A stretch of DNA of 64,000 nucleotides, taken from an uncultured virus (IMG/VR IMGVR_UViG_3300035429_000176). Lineage: Duplodnaviria > Heunggongvirae > Uroviricota > Caudoviricetes. Below are positions 1 through 12,200 of this stretch, piece after piece (position 1 is the first letter of the stretch; the number at the start of each line of letters is the position of its first letter). Location: the IMG/VR virus record IMGVR_UViG_3300035429_000176. One strand, 5' to 3'. The position numbers were made by a program, and so were the translations under genes. Below the pieces are notes generated by a model, which was given only the letters and a program-made list of their open reading frames with translations, searched no databases and was not told where the DNA came from.

Positions 1-243
1 TCATTCATGTGGTATATCGAAAGGATTCTCGCCAGTGAATACAAGAACATCACGGGTCATACATTCTGCAATGTCCTTCAAAACTCCGTCAAGCTGCAAG
101 CGGGCGGTGTCTGACATGGTCTCATTTTTGCGTATGGCATACACGTTACGGTACAGTCGTGCCAATGGAATGAGGCTTTGCGTAAGCAGAGCCGCATCAC
201 GACTGTCGAACTCACCGGTTGTCCTTGCGATATTGTACTTCAT
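1..243 (-). CDS. Hypothetical phage protein (80 aa)
   Basis: ORF with ATG and stop, directly downstream of 252..539 in the same orientation. Confidence 0.6.
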   Translation of the reverse strand: MKYNIARTTGEFDSRDAALLTQSLIPLARLYRNVYAIRKNETMSDTARLQLDGVLKDIAECMTRDVLVFTGENPFDIPHE

Positions 244-251
244 TGGGAATG

Positions 252-539
252 TTATTCATTGTGATTGGTATGCAGTTCTGGATATTTCGATAGCCTACCT
301 GATTCCTTGATACGCTCTATCACACATCTGCCTATGAACGAGCAGATGTAGTCTTTCCGGCTGCGAATCTCATTTTCAGCAGCCAAGTGGACACTCATGT
401 GAGTAGTGTTTTCTTGCGCAGAATTGAACTCGCGCAGAACCGGTGAAAGTTGGTATTCGATTTTTTCAAGCTCGCAATATTGTCTTGCATAGCTTTCCAG
501 TTCCAATATCCAGTCCGGGAATGATTGTTCTTTTTCCAT
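252..539 (-). CDS. Hypothetical phage protein (95 aa)
   Basis: ORF preceded by a copy of the conserved phage promoter motif (559-603, minus strand). Confidence 0.65.
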   Translation of the reverse strand: MEKEQSFPDWILELESYARQYCELEKIEYQLSPVLREFNSAQENTTHMSVHLAAENEIRSRKDYICSFIGRCVIERIKESGRLSKYPELHTNHNE

Positions 540-558
540 GCTGATGTTTTTATCAGCG

Positions 559-603
559 CAAAAATAACGGGTGGGAGTTTTCTTGCCCGTTTATCTTTTT
601 ACG
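559..603 (-). promoter_or_regulatory. Phage promoter motif copy 1: CGTAAAAAGATAAAC-N22-TATTTTTG
   Basis: Bacteroides -7 box TAnnTTTG with a conserved upstream box at fixed 22-nt spacing; 8 copies found in the window. Confidence 0.75.
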
Positions 604-738
604 CTTGCAAGAGAGCTTTTCTTTGTAGGCTTTCTTTTTTATTCAATTTTTATTCTTGCCCTAAAATCGAAAATTTCTTCACGTGCGCACGCACGCGCGG
701 TAGATGTAGTAGTAGATATATATATTTATTTTATGGTA

Positions 739-1151
739 TATCTTCCGAAGAAATGGGATATAATTGTACATTTATTGCTATTTCTTCCGAAGAAATACCC
801 TTTTCTTCCGAAGAAATGTACATTTATGGCTGTTTCCTCCGAAGAAATACCCCTTTTCTGTACATTTATGGTTATTTCTTCTGAAGAAATAAATGTAATA
901 TCTTCTGAAATTATGTCAAAAAATAGCTCATTTCAACCATTTCAGAAGATTTTTGAGGTGCTTTTGAGCTGATTTTCGCATAAAAAATTCAATCTGTACA
1001 AGAATGTACATTTATGCGTGTTTTTTCCGAAGAAATACCCCTTTCCTGTACAATTAAGGCAATATCTTCCGAAGAAATCCGAAGAAATGGGATATAATTG
1101 TACATTTATTGCTATTTCTTCCGAAGAAATACCCTTTTCTTCCGAAGAAAT
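739..1151. repeat. Array of ~9 palindromic 15-mers TTTCTTC(C/T)GAAGAAA in two clusters, including a 74-bp direct repeat (744-817 and 1078-1151); probable replication origin
   Basis: Copies start at 739, 781, 802, 833, 875, 1021, 1063, 1115 and 1136. Spacings within clusters are 21, 31, 42 and 52 bp. An AT-rich spacer separates the clusters and TGTACA motifs are interspersed. Confidence 0.8.
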
Positions 1152-1279
1152 TTTACGGTCCGGACATGAAAAAAGCGACATTCTCTCGAACATCGCTTCA
1201 AAGCAAATCAGTAAAATCGTCCCCTTTTCGGGTTGGGGTTCCCTTGACATGAAGACAATCTAAAGTAGAGGGTAATAGA

Positions 1280-1579
1280 TTATTCTTCCTCGTCTTCTTC
1301 TCCGGCAAGTTTGACAAGCTTGTCCTCAATGGTGAGTTTGACCTCGCCATCGTCTATGCTGATATTCTTAGGCATGATGATTTTAATGAACTCTGTCGAC
1401 ACTTTCACCCTGTCTTTAGGGTCAAGTTCCAGGAAGTCCTGCATTATTAGTGGCGTCACATCTCCTTCGGGTATAGTGTTGTGCGCTTCAAGCCATTTCT
1501 CAATCATCCCTTTTGCCAGTGCCGTTATTTTGTTGGGCGTACCTTTTTGCCGCCCTCCGGTCTTTTTTCCTATTGCCAT
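1280..1579 (-). CDS. Putative terminase small subunit
   Basis: N-terminal GKKTGGRQKGTPNK motif typical of small terminase-like proteins; acidic C-terminus. Confidence 0.65.
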   Translation of the reverse strand: MAIGKKTGGRQKGTPNKITALAKGMIEKWLEAHNTIPEGDVTPLIMQDFLELDPKDRVKVSTEFIKIIMPKNISIDDGEVKLTIEDKLVKLAGEEDEEE

Positions 1580-1596
1580 ACCATAATGATTATTAG

Positions 1597-1664
1597 TGTA
1601 AAAAGATAAAATGATGTTGCGAAGATAAGGGCTTACTTTCGCACTCGAGGTATAACTTTTAATA
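1597..1664. promoter_or_regulatory. Overlapping divergent promoter motif copies 2 (+, 1597-1641, TGTAAAAAGATAAAA-N22-TACTTTCG) and 3 (-, 1620-1664, TATTAAAAGTTATAC-N22-TATCTTCG)
   Basis: Same boxes and 22-nt spacing as the other copies; lies between the divergent TerS and 1682 genes. Confidence 0.7.
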
Positions 1665-1681
1665 ATTAAAACAGAAGTCTT

Positions 1682-2161
1682 ATGGGATTAATTGGAAGTG
1701 CTATAGGGGCAGCAGGTAGTATCTTTGGTGGTATCTCTGCATCGAAAGCAATGAAGAAAATTCAAAGAAACGTTGAGGCGCAGCGACAGAAGAACCAAAA
1801 TTGGTATGATCGCAGGTACAATGAGGATTATACGCAACGAGCCGATGCGCAACGTATTCTCACGCAGACGGAAGAGAGTATCAAGAACCGTAATAAGCAG
1901 GCAGCAGGTGTACAGGCTGTAATGGGTGGTACTGATGAAAGTGTAGCAGCAGCGAAGGAAGCAAACAGTAAGGCTCTTGCTGATGCAACATCACAGATTG
2001 CAGCACAGGCGGATGCGCGCAAAGACAACATCGAGGCCACCTATATGCAGAATGACAATGCTTTTGTTGAGCAACTTAATCAATTAGAAAAAGGTAAGGC
2101 AGAAGCGATAGCTGGAGCCGTACAAGGAGTAACGAGTGCGGCAAGCAAAATGCCATTTTAA
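1682..2161 (+). CDS. Putative virion ejection/DNA pilot-like protein
   Basis: Gly/Ala-rich hydrophobic N-terminus (GLIGSAIGAAGSIFGG) followed by a Q/A-rich coiled coil; first gene of the operon containing the giant protein. Confidence 0.65.
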   Translation: MGLIGSAIGAAGSIFGGISASKAMKKIQRNVEAQRQKNQNWYDRRYNEDYTQRADAQRILTQTEESIKNRNKQAAGVQAVMGGTDESVAAAKEANSKALADATSQIAAQADARKDNIEATYMQNDNAFVEQLNQLEKGKAEAIAGAVQGVTSAASKMPF

Positions 2162-2177
2162 TGTGTGGAGGTAACTT

Positions 2178-3275
2178 ATGGCGACATATGATGATATATT
2201 AGGTAATGGAGGTGGCACACCTTTTCCGAAAGGTTCTAAAGAATGGCATGAACAGCAGCAAGACGGTTCTTCTGTACCTCCACCTGTAAAGGGTACACAG
2301 GAATGGGCGGAACAAAAAGCGGCCACCGCTCCTGTTGTTACCGCACTCAAACCTGACATAACTACTACGCCGCCACCTCCGACCAAGCAAGAAGGCTCGG
2401 ACGGTGGTGCCCTTTCATATGCTGAACTGTTCAAGAAACTTAATCCTTATACTCCACCAACTGACGAAGAACTTGCTAAAGAGAAGAAAAAGCAGAAACG
2501 TGACCAAATTTTTGCTGCAATTGGTGATGGTATATCGGCACTCTCGAACTTGTTCTTCACCACGCAGTACGCTCCAAATATGTATACCGGTAAAAATACC
2601 ATGTCAGAACGTACCAGAGTGAGGTATGACAGGCTGATGAAAGAACGTGAAGGCAAGGAGAAAGAATATTATGAGGGGCTGATGAGGGCAAAAATCGCCG
2701 ATGATGCAAAAGCAGACGGTGAACGTAAGTGGCAAAGACAGCTTGGCCTTGACAATTACAACCGCATACGGAACGATGCCAAAGAGGAACGCGACAGGCA
2801 GATGTTTGAATTGAATCTCCAGCTGCAAGGCAATAAAATATCTGCATCCGAAGCTGAGGCCAAGCGCAAAGGAATTGAAGCAAAATATGCAGAAGAACTT
2901 GAAAAGGCAAGGCTTGAAACCGAAAAGGCTAAAGCTAAGTATTATAACCGTGGCGGTAGTGGTGGTATGGGTGGTTCGTACAGCATTTACAACCCTAATA
3001 CTGGAAAGACGGAGTATTTTAAGAACCAGGGTGAGCGTGACCGCCGTGCGGGTGAACTAGGCTATGACATGTCTCCGGGAAGCTCATCAAGCGAAAGTAG
3101 TGATAACCTTATGGGAAACAAAAAAACAACCAGTCAAAAAGGTGCTTCGGCTTCCGCTAGACTTGGACAGCAGGAAGCCGAAAAGAAGAGAAAAGCCAAT
3201 GGCAAGAAAACAGGTCTCGGACTTGGGAACGGAGAAAACAATAGTAGTGGTAAGAAGACAGGATTAGGATTATGA
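2178..3275 (+). CDS. Putative internal virion/ejection protein (365 aa)
   Basis: Hydrophobic patch FAAIGDGISALSNLFF and coiled coils; stop overlaps the start of the giant ORF (ATGA). Confidence 0.65.
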   Translation: MATYDDILGNGGGTPFPKGSKEWHEQQQDGSSVPPPVKGTQEWAEQKAATAPVVTALKPDITTTPPPPTKQEGSDGGALSYAELFKKLNPYTPPTDEELAKEKKKQKRDQIFAAIGDGISALSNLFFTTQYAPNMYTGKNTMSERTRVRYDRLMKEREGKEKEYYEGLMRAKIADDAKADGERKWQRQLGLDNYNRIRNDAKEERDRQMFELNLQLQGNKISASEAEAKRKGIEAKYAEELEKARLETEKAKAKYYNRGGSGGMGGSYSIYNPNTGKTEYFKNQGERDRRAGELGYDMSPGSSSSESSDNLMGNKKTTSQKGASASARLGQQEAEKKRKANGKKTGLGLGNGENNSSGKKTGLGL

Positions 3276-6200
3276 CAGACGATAAATTAAAAAACTTGTA
3301 CTCAGTACTGAAAAAGGACGGATATGATGATATTGGTACAGAAGAGCAATTCCGTGATGCAATGAAAGACAAAGGAAAGGCGAATCAACTTTTCTCTGTC
3401 TTGAAGAATGATGGCTATGACGACATCGGTAATGATGAAAATGCGTTCTATGATGCTCTCAATCCTGTTGTATCAGAATCCGAAACGTTACAGCCTGTCG
3501 TACAAACGGAACAGCAGTCGGTCTCTCAACAAGCTGCTACCGAACAGCCATGGGAACCAACGGAGGCGGAGAAAAACGTCATTCAGGAAGATTTAAACCG
3601 CATGGCGCGTAGAACACTGCAAATGACTGACGCATTCAACGAACGTGTAGACAATATACAGGAATACGGGCTGAATCCCGGATTGCAAACTAAAGAGGGT
3701 AAAATGCAGTTTAATCCGGTAAATGGCAAGATAGAGAAAAATTACATCACTCCCGCTGGAAACAAGTACACCAACAAAGTTCTTGCCGATATGGAAAGTT
3801 TTAGATATCGGCAGGCGGCTGATATGTCTGTGAGCGGACAATTGCGTAAGGCCAATCAAAGGCTTTCCAATATTGAGGAAAGATTGGAAGCCAGAGGTCG
3901 TGAGTTGTTAGAGAAGCACGAACGTAATAAGCCAGGTGGATTCACAGGTTTCCTTCAAGAGATGGCTAATACTCAAGCTGGAGATAGAATGGGCGGTAGA
4001 ACGGCGGAGAATCCTGAGGACTATACCGAGTTGCAGGGAGATAGCGAATATCAGTCTTTGCGACTTGCGGCGCGTAAAGCACGTGAGGAAATCCAACAAC
4101 TTCAAAATACAAAGGATAAAGAACAGCATGGAGAAAGGTTTTGGCATGATTTTCTGCGTAATACATGGCAATCTGTTGCCGACGTAGACGCTTGGGACTT
4201 TGGTGTGAACAAATTGCGTGATGCTCGTACAATGCTTGATATAGCAGGAAAGTCGGAAGCCGGTGCTGAGTTGAACGAAGCTGAAACGGACGCTCTATAC
4301 GAAATGTATCTGCATAACAATATCATGGAGCAGTTTGGAGACCTGGGTAGAGGTGCTCGCTGGGGAGATATTGCAGGTGGCTCATTGTCGTTTATGAAGG
4401 ATTTCCTTTTGACTGGTGGTTTTTCGGGAGTAGGCACAAAGCTCCCAACAACCTTATCAACCAAGATAGCGACAAAAGCTGCAACAAGGGTGGGTGTAGA
4501 CGCAGCCGAATCTCTAGGCGTAAAAGTTGCTAAAGAAGGGCTGTTCTCAACGGTACGCCAAGGTGGAAAAAAAGTGGTGAGCAGATTATTGGCAGAACAA
4601 GGCGTCGGCGGTGTATCAGGGATATTGGCGACAAAAGCGCTAGGAGTAACAGCAGAGGACTTGCTAATTCGTGCTCCGCTGATGGCTACGACTATACAAG
4701 GACAAACTACAGCGGCTAAAATTATAGATTCAAAACTAGGACCAGTTATTGCTGACCCAGAAACGGGAATATTGCAATTTTCAGATGATAAATCGTGGGG
4801 TGAAGTTGCATGGCAGACAGGAGCCGACCAAGTGATTGAAAATTTTTCCGAAATGTGGGGTGCGCACCTTCCTGGGATGGCAGACGTTACAAAGACATTT
4901 GGTGCACGCAATTTGACTGCCGCTCTGCTTCGGGCGACTCGTCCCGGAGCAGAAACGATAATGTCAAAAACAACAGAGTTTCTTGGTCGTGCTGGAGTTA
5001 ATGGGTATTTCGGTGAAGTGGGTGAAGAATATTACGGTCAGTTGTGGCGTACTATGCTCAATCTTGACAGCGCCTACGGTATGGATAAAGAAGGCAATAA
5101 GGTAAACAACCTTATGACTTCTGAATTTCATGGTGATATTTGGGGTGGGATGGCTCTTTCTATCGGTCTTACTGGTGGGGGGACCATGGCATTGAACTAT
5201 GCGGGTAAAGGTATGGGAAAAGCCTACGATGGTACTAAATATACTCGGTATAAGCATGAAATCAACAAGGCAGATGCAAGAGCGGCGGAGATGTTTACTC
5301 CCGAAGTTTGGGAGGGCATGCGTACGATAATTGATTCTTCCGATAACAGCGACATGGGTAATATTGCCGCGCAGGTGATAGCTGATACCGAAATGACAGA
5401 TGCACAACGGAGTGCCGCAATGGACTACATGGAAAAATCTATGATTATGAGAGGGAATAATCTTAGAGAGTATGTGAACCGTAGGAATGGTGACATTCCA
5501 ACCCATGAGGAAGATGAAATAAATCAATCCTATATTAACGGTTATAATGCTACAGGAAGCCAAGAGATGAACGACGCCAAGAATATGTATGATTATCAAC
5601 GGGAGCGTATGAAGTTGGAACTCGGTGTAAATGATGAAGCTCTTGAGGGGGATGCGGTGGACTGGCTGCATGAAGCAAGAAATGCTAGGGATGCTGGAAC
5701 TGAACAGGGATGGAAACGTGCAGACATAATAATGGACTACGTGAATGCCAAGCAGGTTTACAATGGCATGATTCAACGGGTACGTGATGATATAGACGGA
5801 CGGGTGGAACAGAGCAATTCGATGATAGATGCACGTGTGAACCGCAAGACAGGTATGATACAGGGGGCAACCATGAAGCAGGATGAACGCAAGGTGTATG
5901 TTCTTAGTGGGACTCTTGTACCATATGCAGATGGTAGCGGTGTAAGTGTGACTGATTCTGACAATAGCATCATTGTTCGTGATGCGGACACAGGTGGGCT
6001 TGAACAAGTATCTCCCGATGCTATATTGTCTATTGATGATGTACAAGACCCATACGAGCAGAAGGAGTTGGTTGCACAATCTATCAGAGAACAATTTGCA
6101 CGTGAAGCTGCGGATAAGATTGATGGTGTTGTCACATTCAATCCGGGCGAAACCTATACCATTGTCGGTGAAGGCGGTTCGCAAATACAGGTCACAATAG

Positions 6201-9200
6201 TTTCAGATGAGAACGGAATCATAGACAATGGCGACGGAACTATCAATGTGACAGACGGAACAAATGTATTCCCTATAGCAAAAGAGGCTATCCAACAGTT
6301 TGTGGACGCATCTAACATTGCACGAATCGCAGAGTTTGAGCAACAGAGAGCTGAAGAAAACTTTGCTTTGCAGCAGGAAGAGCAGGAAGCAGACCGACCG
6401 CAATATGCAATGAATGACCTTGTGACGCTCCGTGATGAAAATGGTATAGGTATTCGTGGTAACATCACCGCCGATGTGGATGCCGATGGACTATATGAAG
6501 TTTATACGGAAGATGCCTTGAATGGTAAGCGTGTGAATATGTTTACCCGTGAAGAGCTTGATTCCATGCTGATAGAACACAATGGGCAACCTGTTGAGAT
6601 TGCCAATTCAAGTGTGAATGATAATTCGGAAGTGGCAGCAAGTTCTCTGGAGGAACAGCAGTTGCAAGTGTCTGCATTAGAACGAATCCCCAAAGATGAA
6701 CAAGGTAATCCTATCTATGAGCAGGCGGAAACTCCCGACCTTGCTTGGGATGCCATTGTTGAGCAGACAGAGGGAGACGAAGCTATGGCCCAGTCCGTGG
6801 CTAACGGAATGGTTGTGGACAAAGAAGCAGCATTGAAGAAAATCGAGAAAACGAAATCTGCCGGTGGAAACACTATTGCAGAGAAGATTGTAGCAGAGAA
6901 AGAACGCAAGGCGGCGATTGATGCAGCCAAACAGGAATTGTCCATTTGGCAAAAGATAGCCGGCACTGCCAACCGCAGAAAAATGGAAGCAGATGCGGAG
7001 CGCAGACGTATTGCCGATGAAGCTGCCGCATTGCGCAAGGCGGAAGAAGAAAAATTGCGTGCAGAGCGTGAGGAAGCAGAACGCAAGGAACGTGAAGCAC
7101 TTAACGGAGTTCCCGATATAGTGGAAGATGTTCCCAAAGATGCCCGTGCAAGAGGATATAGACGTGTAAACGGCCATAAGGTTGACAGACAAGAACCATT
7201 ACAGACTGTACAAGGTAAAGAGGTGAACGTGAAATTCAGCAATGATGTAGTGGTTCCTGGCAATGTAACCGTGATTGATGCGTCATTGTTGCAACCGAGT
7301 CATATACAAGGTGTGCGCAATTCTCTGCATTTTATTGATGAAGCGCAACCAAAGGAACGCAATGACGAAGCAAGCGTATTGTCTGCACGGAAAATCGCCG
7401 AGAACATTCGTCCGGAAGAAATCACATCAAGTATTACCGCTTACACCGGTGCGCCGACCGTAAACGAACGTGGTGAAGTAATACAGGGAAACAACCGTAG
7501 TGATGCCTTGCGCCTGATGTGGGAAAGTCATTCGGAACAGGCCGAAGCATATAGACAATACCTGAAAGACCATGCGGAAGAGTTTGGACTGCGTGCCGAG
7601 GACATTGCGCCCATACAAAGCCCGGTGTTGGTAAATATGCTTCATGTGGACGATACAGAAGCCCTCAATCTTGGTCAGTTTGTTGCACAAGACACAGAAA
7701 GTGGAGGTGTTGAACGTATCAAACCTAAAAACACCTTGCAGCGCATGGGAACCGAAATGCGTTCGTTTGCCAACCTGTTGCTTAGGACTTCAGATGATGA
7801 AATGTCGTTTGCCGGACTTGTGGATGCCAATGGTGCAAATGTTCTGAAATGGATGAGTCAAAGAGGTTTCATCAGTCACACACAATACAAGAGTGCGTTT
7901 GACAGCAAGGGCAACCTAACTCCTGAATCCAAGAATGATTTGCGTGGTATCATGTATCAAAGCATCTTCAAGGACGGCAGCACACGGTTGGAGGAAATGT
8001 TCAACGTATTGCCGGTAAAAGCACAAAAGGCTATTCTTGCCACTGCTTTCCGTGATTATGACAGTCCGAACAGTGAACGAATGGTAGATGAGATACAGAA
8101 TTCCGTTCGTGCTTACTATGCTTTGTCCCAAGATAAAATGTTTGCAGAGGCAAAGAATTTCAAGGAAGCACGTATTGCTGTAGAAAACTGGAAACGCCAG
8201 TATCAAATGGATGATGTTACAGGGGAAAGTTATCTCCCTGCTGATAATTTCAGTAACTTTGTCTTGCATTTGGCCGCAATGTATAAAGGTGAAAGCCAAA
8301 GCTTCATTCAAAACACATTCGGCAAGATTTATGACCTTATACAAGGTACACAGGAAGAAACTCTGTTCGAACAGCCGGACAATACCCCTCGGACGCTCGT
8401 ACAGGCTATTAAAGAAGCATTAAATTTAGATTACAATGGACAACAGCGAAGCAATGTATTGGTTGGCGATACTGCAACAAGCCAACGAGGGCAGCAAGGA
8501 AGCAATGGAGCTCTTACGCCAAGAGAACGAGTTGAGGACGGAAATGGGACAACCGATGATACAGGAAGAACTGAAAGCATTGGTGAACAAAGCGAAATAG
8601 AACCTTCTTTATCACAAGAAGAAATGCTATCTTCTGATGATACTGACAATCAACTTAGTGCAAAAATAGCAAGACGCATTGAAGTTCAAGAAGATGATTG
8701 GGTTGAAAGCGGAAAGTATGGCGATACTTATAAACAGACAATTATTGTTGATGGTACTCATAAAGTTATAAAAGTTGATACACCCGATACGAAAGGTAAT
8801 TATACAGGTAGTACTTATGAGTATGACGGTCAAACATTCGGAGATTTGTTGGATGTTGCTAATTATATTGATGCATCTTCGTCTTTAGCCAATGCCGTTG
8901 CAGTGGCAGAGAAAGAAACCGATACTACTCCTACGGAGAAACAGAAAGAAGCCGGCAATTATAAGAAAGGTCATGTGCAGGTTGGTACATTCAATATCAC
9001 CATTGAGAACCCGAAAGGATCCGTTCGTAGCGGAATAGACACAGAGGGCAACAAATGGGAAACGACCATGCAGAACACCTATGGCTATATTCGTGGCACG
9101 GAAGGTGTAGACGGCGACCATATAGACGTGTTCCTCTCTGATGATATTGACGGGTGGAATGGTCGCAAGGTGTTTGTGGTGGACCAGTATAATGAGGACG

Positions 9201-12200
9201 GCAGCTTTGATGAGCATAAGGTAATGCTTGGTTTCAATGAAACTGACGATGCTGAGGCAGCTTACTTCGCGAATTATGACAGCGATTGGGCAAAGAATCA
9301 CAAGACTGTGGTAACTGCCGTCAACTTGGAAGATTTCGAGAAGTGGATTGACTGTAGCCACCGCAAGACCAAGCCATTTGCAGAGTACAAGAGTGTCAAG
9401 ACCGTGGAGGGACAGAACGCACTACAGAAGAATACCCAAGACAATGTTCCTTACACCATTGCTCCGGTACAGTACACCACAAAGAGGGGTAAAGTATTGG
9501 ATATGCAGATTGTGAAGTTTGGCATGGAACTGTCTAAGGATGAGTTCAGAAGTGCCAATGCATTTGCCAAGAGCCTTAAAGGATGGTATGACGCAAAACA
9601 GAGGGGCTTCTTGATGCGTAGCGAAGATGATGCTAAACAGTTGGTGGATGCCGTAATCCCGAAAGAGGATGCAGCCCTTTCTGTCACTCAATCTGAAGAT
9701 TCGGAGAATGCTGTAGAAAACACTCCGCAAGCCGGTGAAGACATATTCCAAATGGCGGAACGTATTGCCAAAGAAGAGGAAGAAAAACGGAGAGCATCCA
9801 AAGAAAACGCACGAAAGGCGGAAGAAGCCGGAAAAGAACCCGTATCTTTGGAACATTGGAAGCGGATGGACGGTGACGCACGCATGGCGGAAGCCGGAAA
9901 ACGACCGTTAACACGTGAGGAGATAGAGAGTGCTTCCACTGACGAAGTATTGAAAGCAAACGCTTTGGATTATCTTGACGGTAACCAGGGCATGATACAA
10001 AGTATATCCTATTTAAAAGTTTACGAAGATGTTAGGTATTCCAACAGAACTGCTGCCGCAGATAGCGGCGCAACCGACAGCGCACAGCTGGATACACCCG
10101 CTCTTGGAAACGAGCAGCGAGTGGACGTTCGAGATAGAGGACAAAGTGGAAACTCGAATGCACGACTGGATAGAGAAACTGGTGAAGAAGGAGTTCCCGC
10201 AGAGGGAGGACCACTACATGCTGACCCGTCTGACGCGCGAAGCGATGCTACCGGCAATGGAAATGGAGGCAGTGAGACACTTCCTGTTCGAGAATCCGTA
10301 CTACAACCTGGTGATTCCCGGGGTGACGTGCATTCAGGAAGCAGTGTACGTAGCGGGGAGGGACGCGATGTCGGAGGAAGAACAGGACGAAAGAGCAGTA
10401 CAACTTCTCGAAAAAATAGTAAGTGGGGAGTACAGGCTGACACAGCAAGAAATGCAAAGAATGATAGAGGATTGGACCTCAACGACCCGCTCGACAAAGA
10501 ACTTGCCGACACGCTGAAGGAGTTCGACAGCGTGCTTGACGAGTTCAACCGTGCTGGACGGGAAGAACTTAGTATGAGCCTTGTCGGCATGAACAGCCGA
10601 CAGATGGAAGTGTTGCCGCGGTTGGTTTCAGCCGGGGCAAAGGTTGGTTATGCATATATAAAGAAAGGCGCGCACAATTTTGCCGAATGGGCGAAACGGA
10701 TGCGCGAGGCGCTCGGCGGCAAACTAAAAGACGCAGGACTTGGCGAGAACGAAATAGATGCGTTCATCAAAGAAATGTGGAAGAGCAAGCTTCCCATGGA
10801 CGGTGAGGTGCATACCGTTGAGGAGTGGGCTGGCATCATCGGCAAGGTTGAACTTCGGAAGAAGGTGAGTGAATCGCTGGAAGAGAAGCGCAAGGCGCAA
10901 CGGGCAGCCGAACCTATCCCCGTGAAGACATGTGACCGCGAAAACATCGTGGAGACACTTCCTTTCCTGTTGCCGCAGCAGCAGGATGACGTGCTGAAAG
11001 CGGAGACGCAGTTCTTTGATGAGAGCCACGACGACAGAGACCACGCTTTCGGCAAGGGCTATATGTTCACCAACGGCACGGGAACGGGGAAGACCTACAC
11101 CGGACTGGGTATTGTGAAGCGTTTCATCAAGCAGGGTAAAGGACGTATCCTTATCCTTACTCCTTCACAGACTAAGGTGAAAGACTGGATAGAGGATGCG
11201 GCCAACCTTGATATCGAACTGAACGACCTTGACAAGACGGCCAAGGCGAGAAAGGATGGCACGACCGCCATTACCGAGAAAGGCGAAGGCGCAGTGATAA
11301 CGACTTATGCCAACTTCAGGCAAAACAAGGCGTTACTTGAAGACCTGTTTGACCTGATTGTGTATGACGAGAGCCACCGATTGTTGGAGAATAAGGGCGG
11401 TGTCGGAACTACAGGATCGATGCAGCATTACAAGTTGAGTAACCGTAACGAGCAATTCGCCTTCCTTCGACTACAAGATATCAATCCGACATGGAACGAG
11501 CTTAATGCCAAGAACGAAGAGTTTAGCACCCAGCGCGATGCAATCATAAAACGTATAGAAAAAGAGAGCGGCACAACCAATGAACTGACGCTTGGACAAA
11601 GAGGCGAACTGCCGCCTGTGTTTAATGGCAATTGGACTCAGGGCATGGAACTGAAATTCCCCGAACTTGCCAAGCTACGGAATGAATGTCTTTCTTTAGA
11701 TGCAAAATACGCCAAAGAGGTGAAGCCCGAATTGGAACGACAAGCCAAAGAGAACGTAAAACATACAAAAGTAGTTTTCTTGAGTGCGACTCCTTTCAAT
11801 ACGCGTGAGAACCTTGATTACGTGGAGGGATACATCTTTTCTTATCCAGAAAAGGAGAAACAAGACGGTTATTCCACACAAAGTCCCCGTTCACAGTTTT
11901 ACCTCGAACATTTCGGGGCAGGGTACAAATGGCGTTATCACCGTTTGGAAAGCAGCGGAAGTAATCCGGAAGCGGTATCGAAGCAGGAAGTGGAGTTCAG
12001 CAATTACCTGCAACACACGTTACAGACGATGAGCGGACGTATCATTGACAGTCCGTTTGACTATTCGAGAAACTTCCCCACTGTGACGCTTGACAAGGCG
12101 GAAGAATTCAACAACGCCATGGAGGAACTGTCACGAAATAAAGCAACATCGTACGCCTATCATGAAGTGATGGGTAATTATAATTACACCAGTGCATTGT

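Noticed and set aside
739..1151. Palindromic repeat array as a CRISPR array
   Set aside because: Repeats are only 15 bp, spacing is irregular (21-52 bp), spacers are themselves repeated, and no cas genes are present.
525..1263. ORFs 525..884, 571..972, 942..1250 and 1018..1263 as genes
   Set aside because: They are translations of the repeat array on both strands (ISSEE and FLPKK repeats) with no coherent protein; at most a relic of an initiator gene.
4964..6184. Long antisense ORFs in the giant gene (406 aa here; also 4102..4911 and 15653..16687)
   Set aside because: Shadow ORFs opposite a well-supported gene, with no recognisable motifs.
10029..10517. 162-aa same-strand alternative-frame ORF in the giant gene linker
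   Set aside because: No motif support, unlike the MTase nested frame; cannot be told from chance without homologue comparison.
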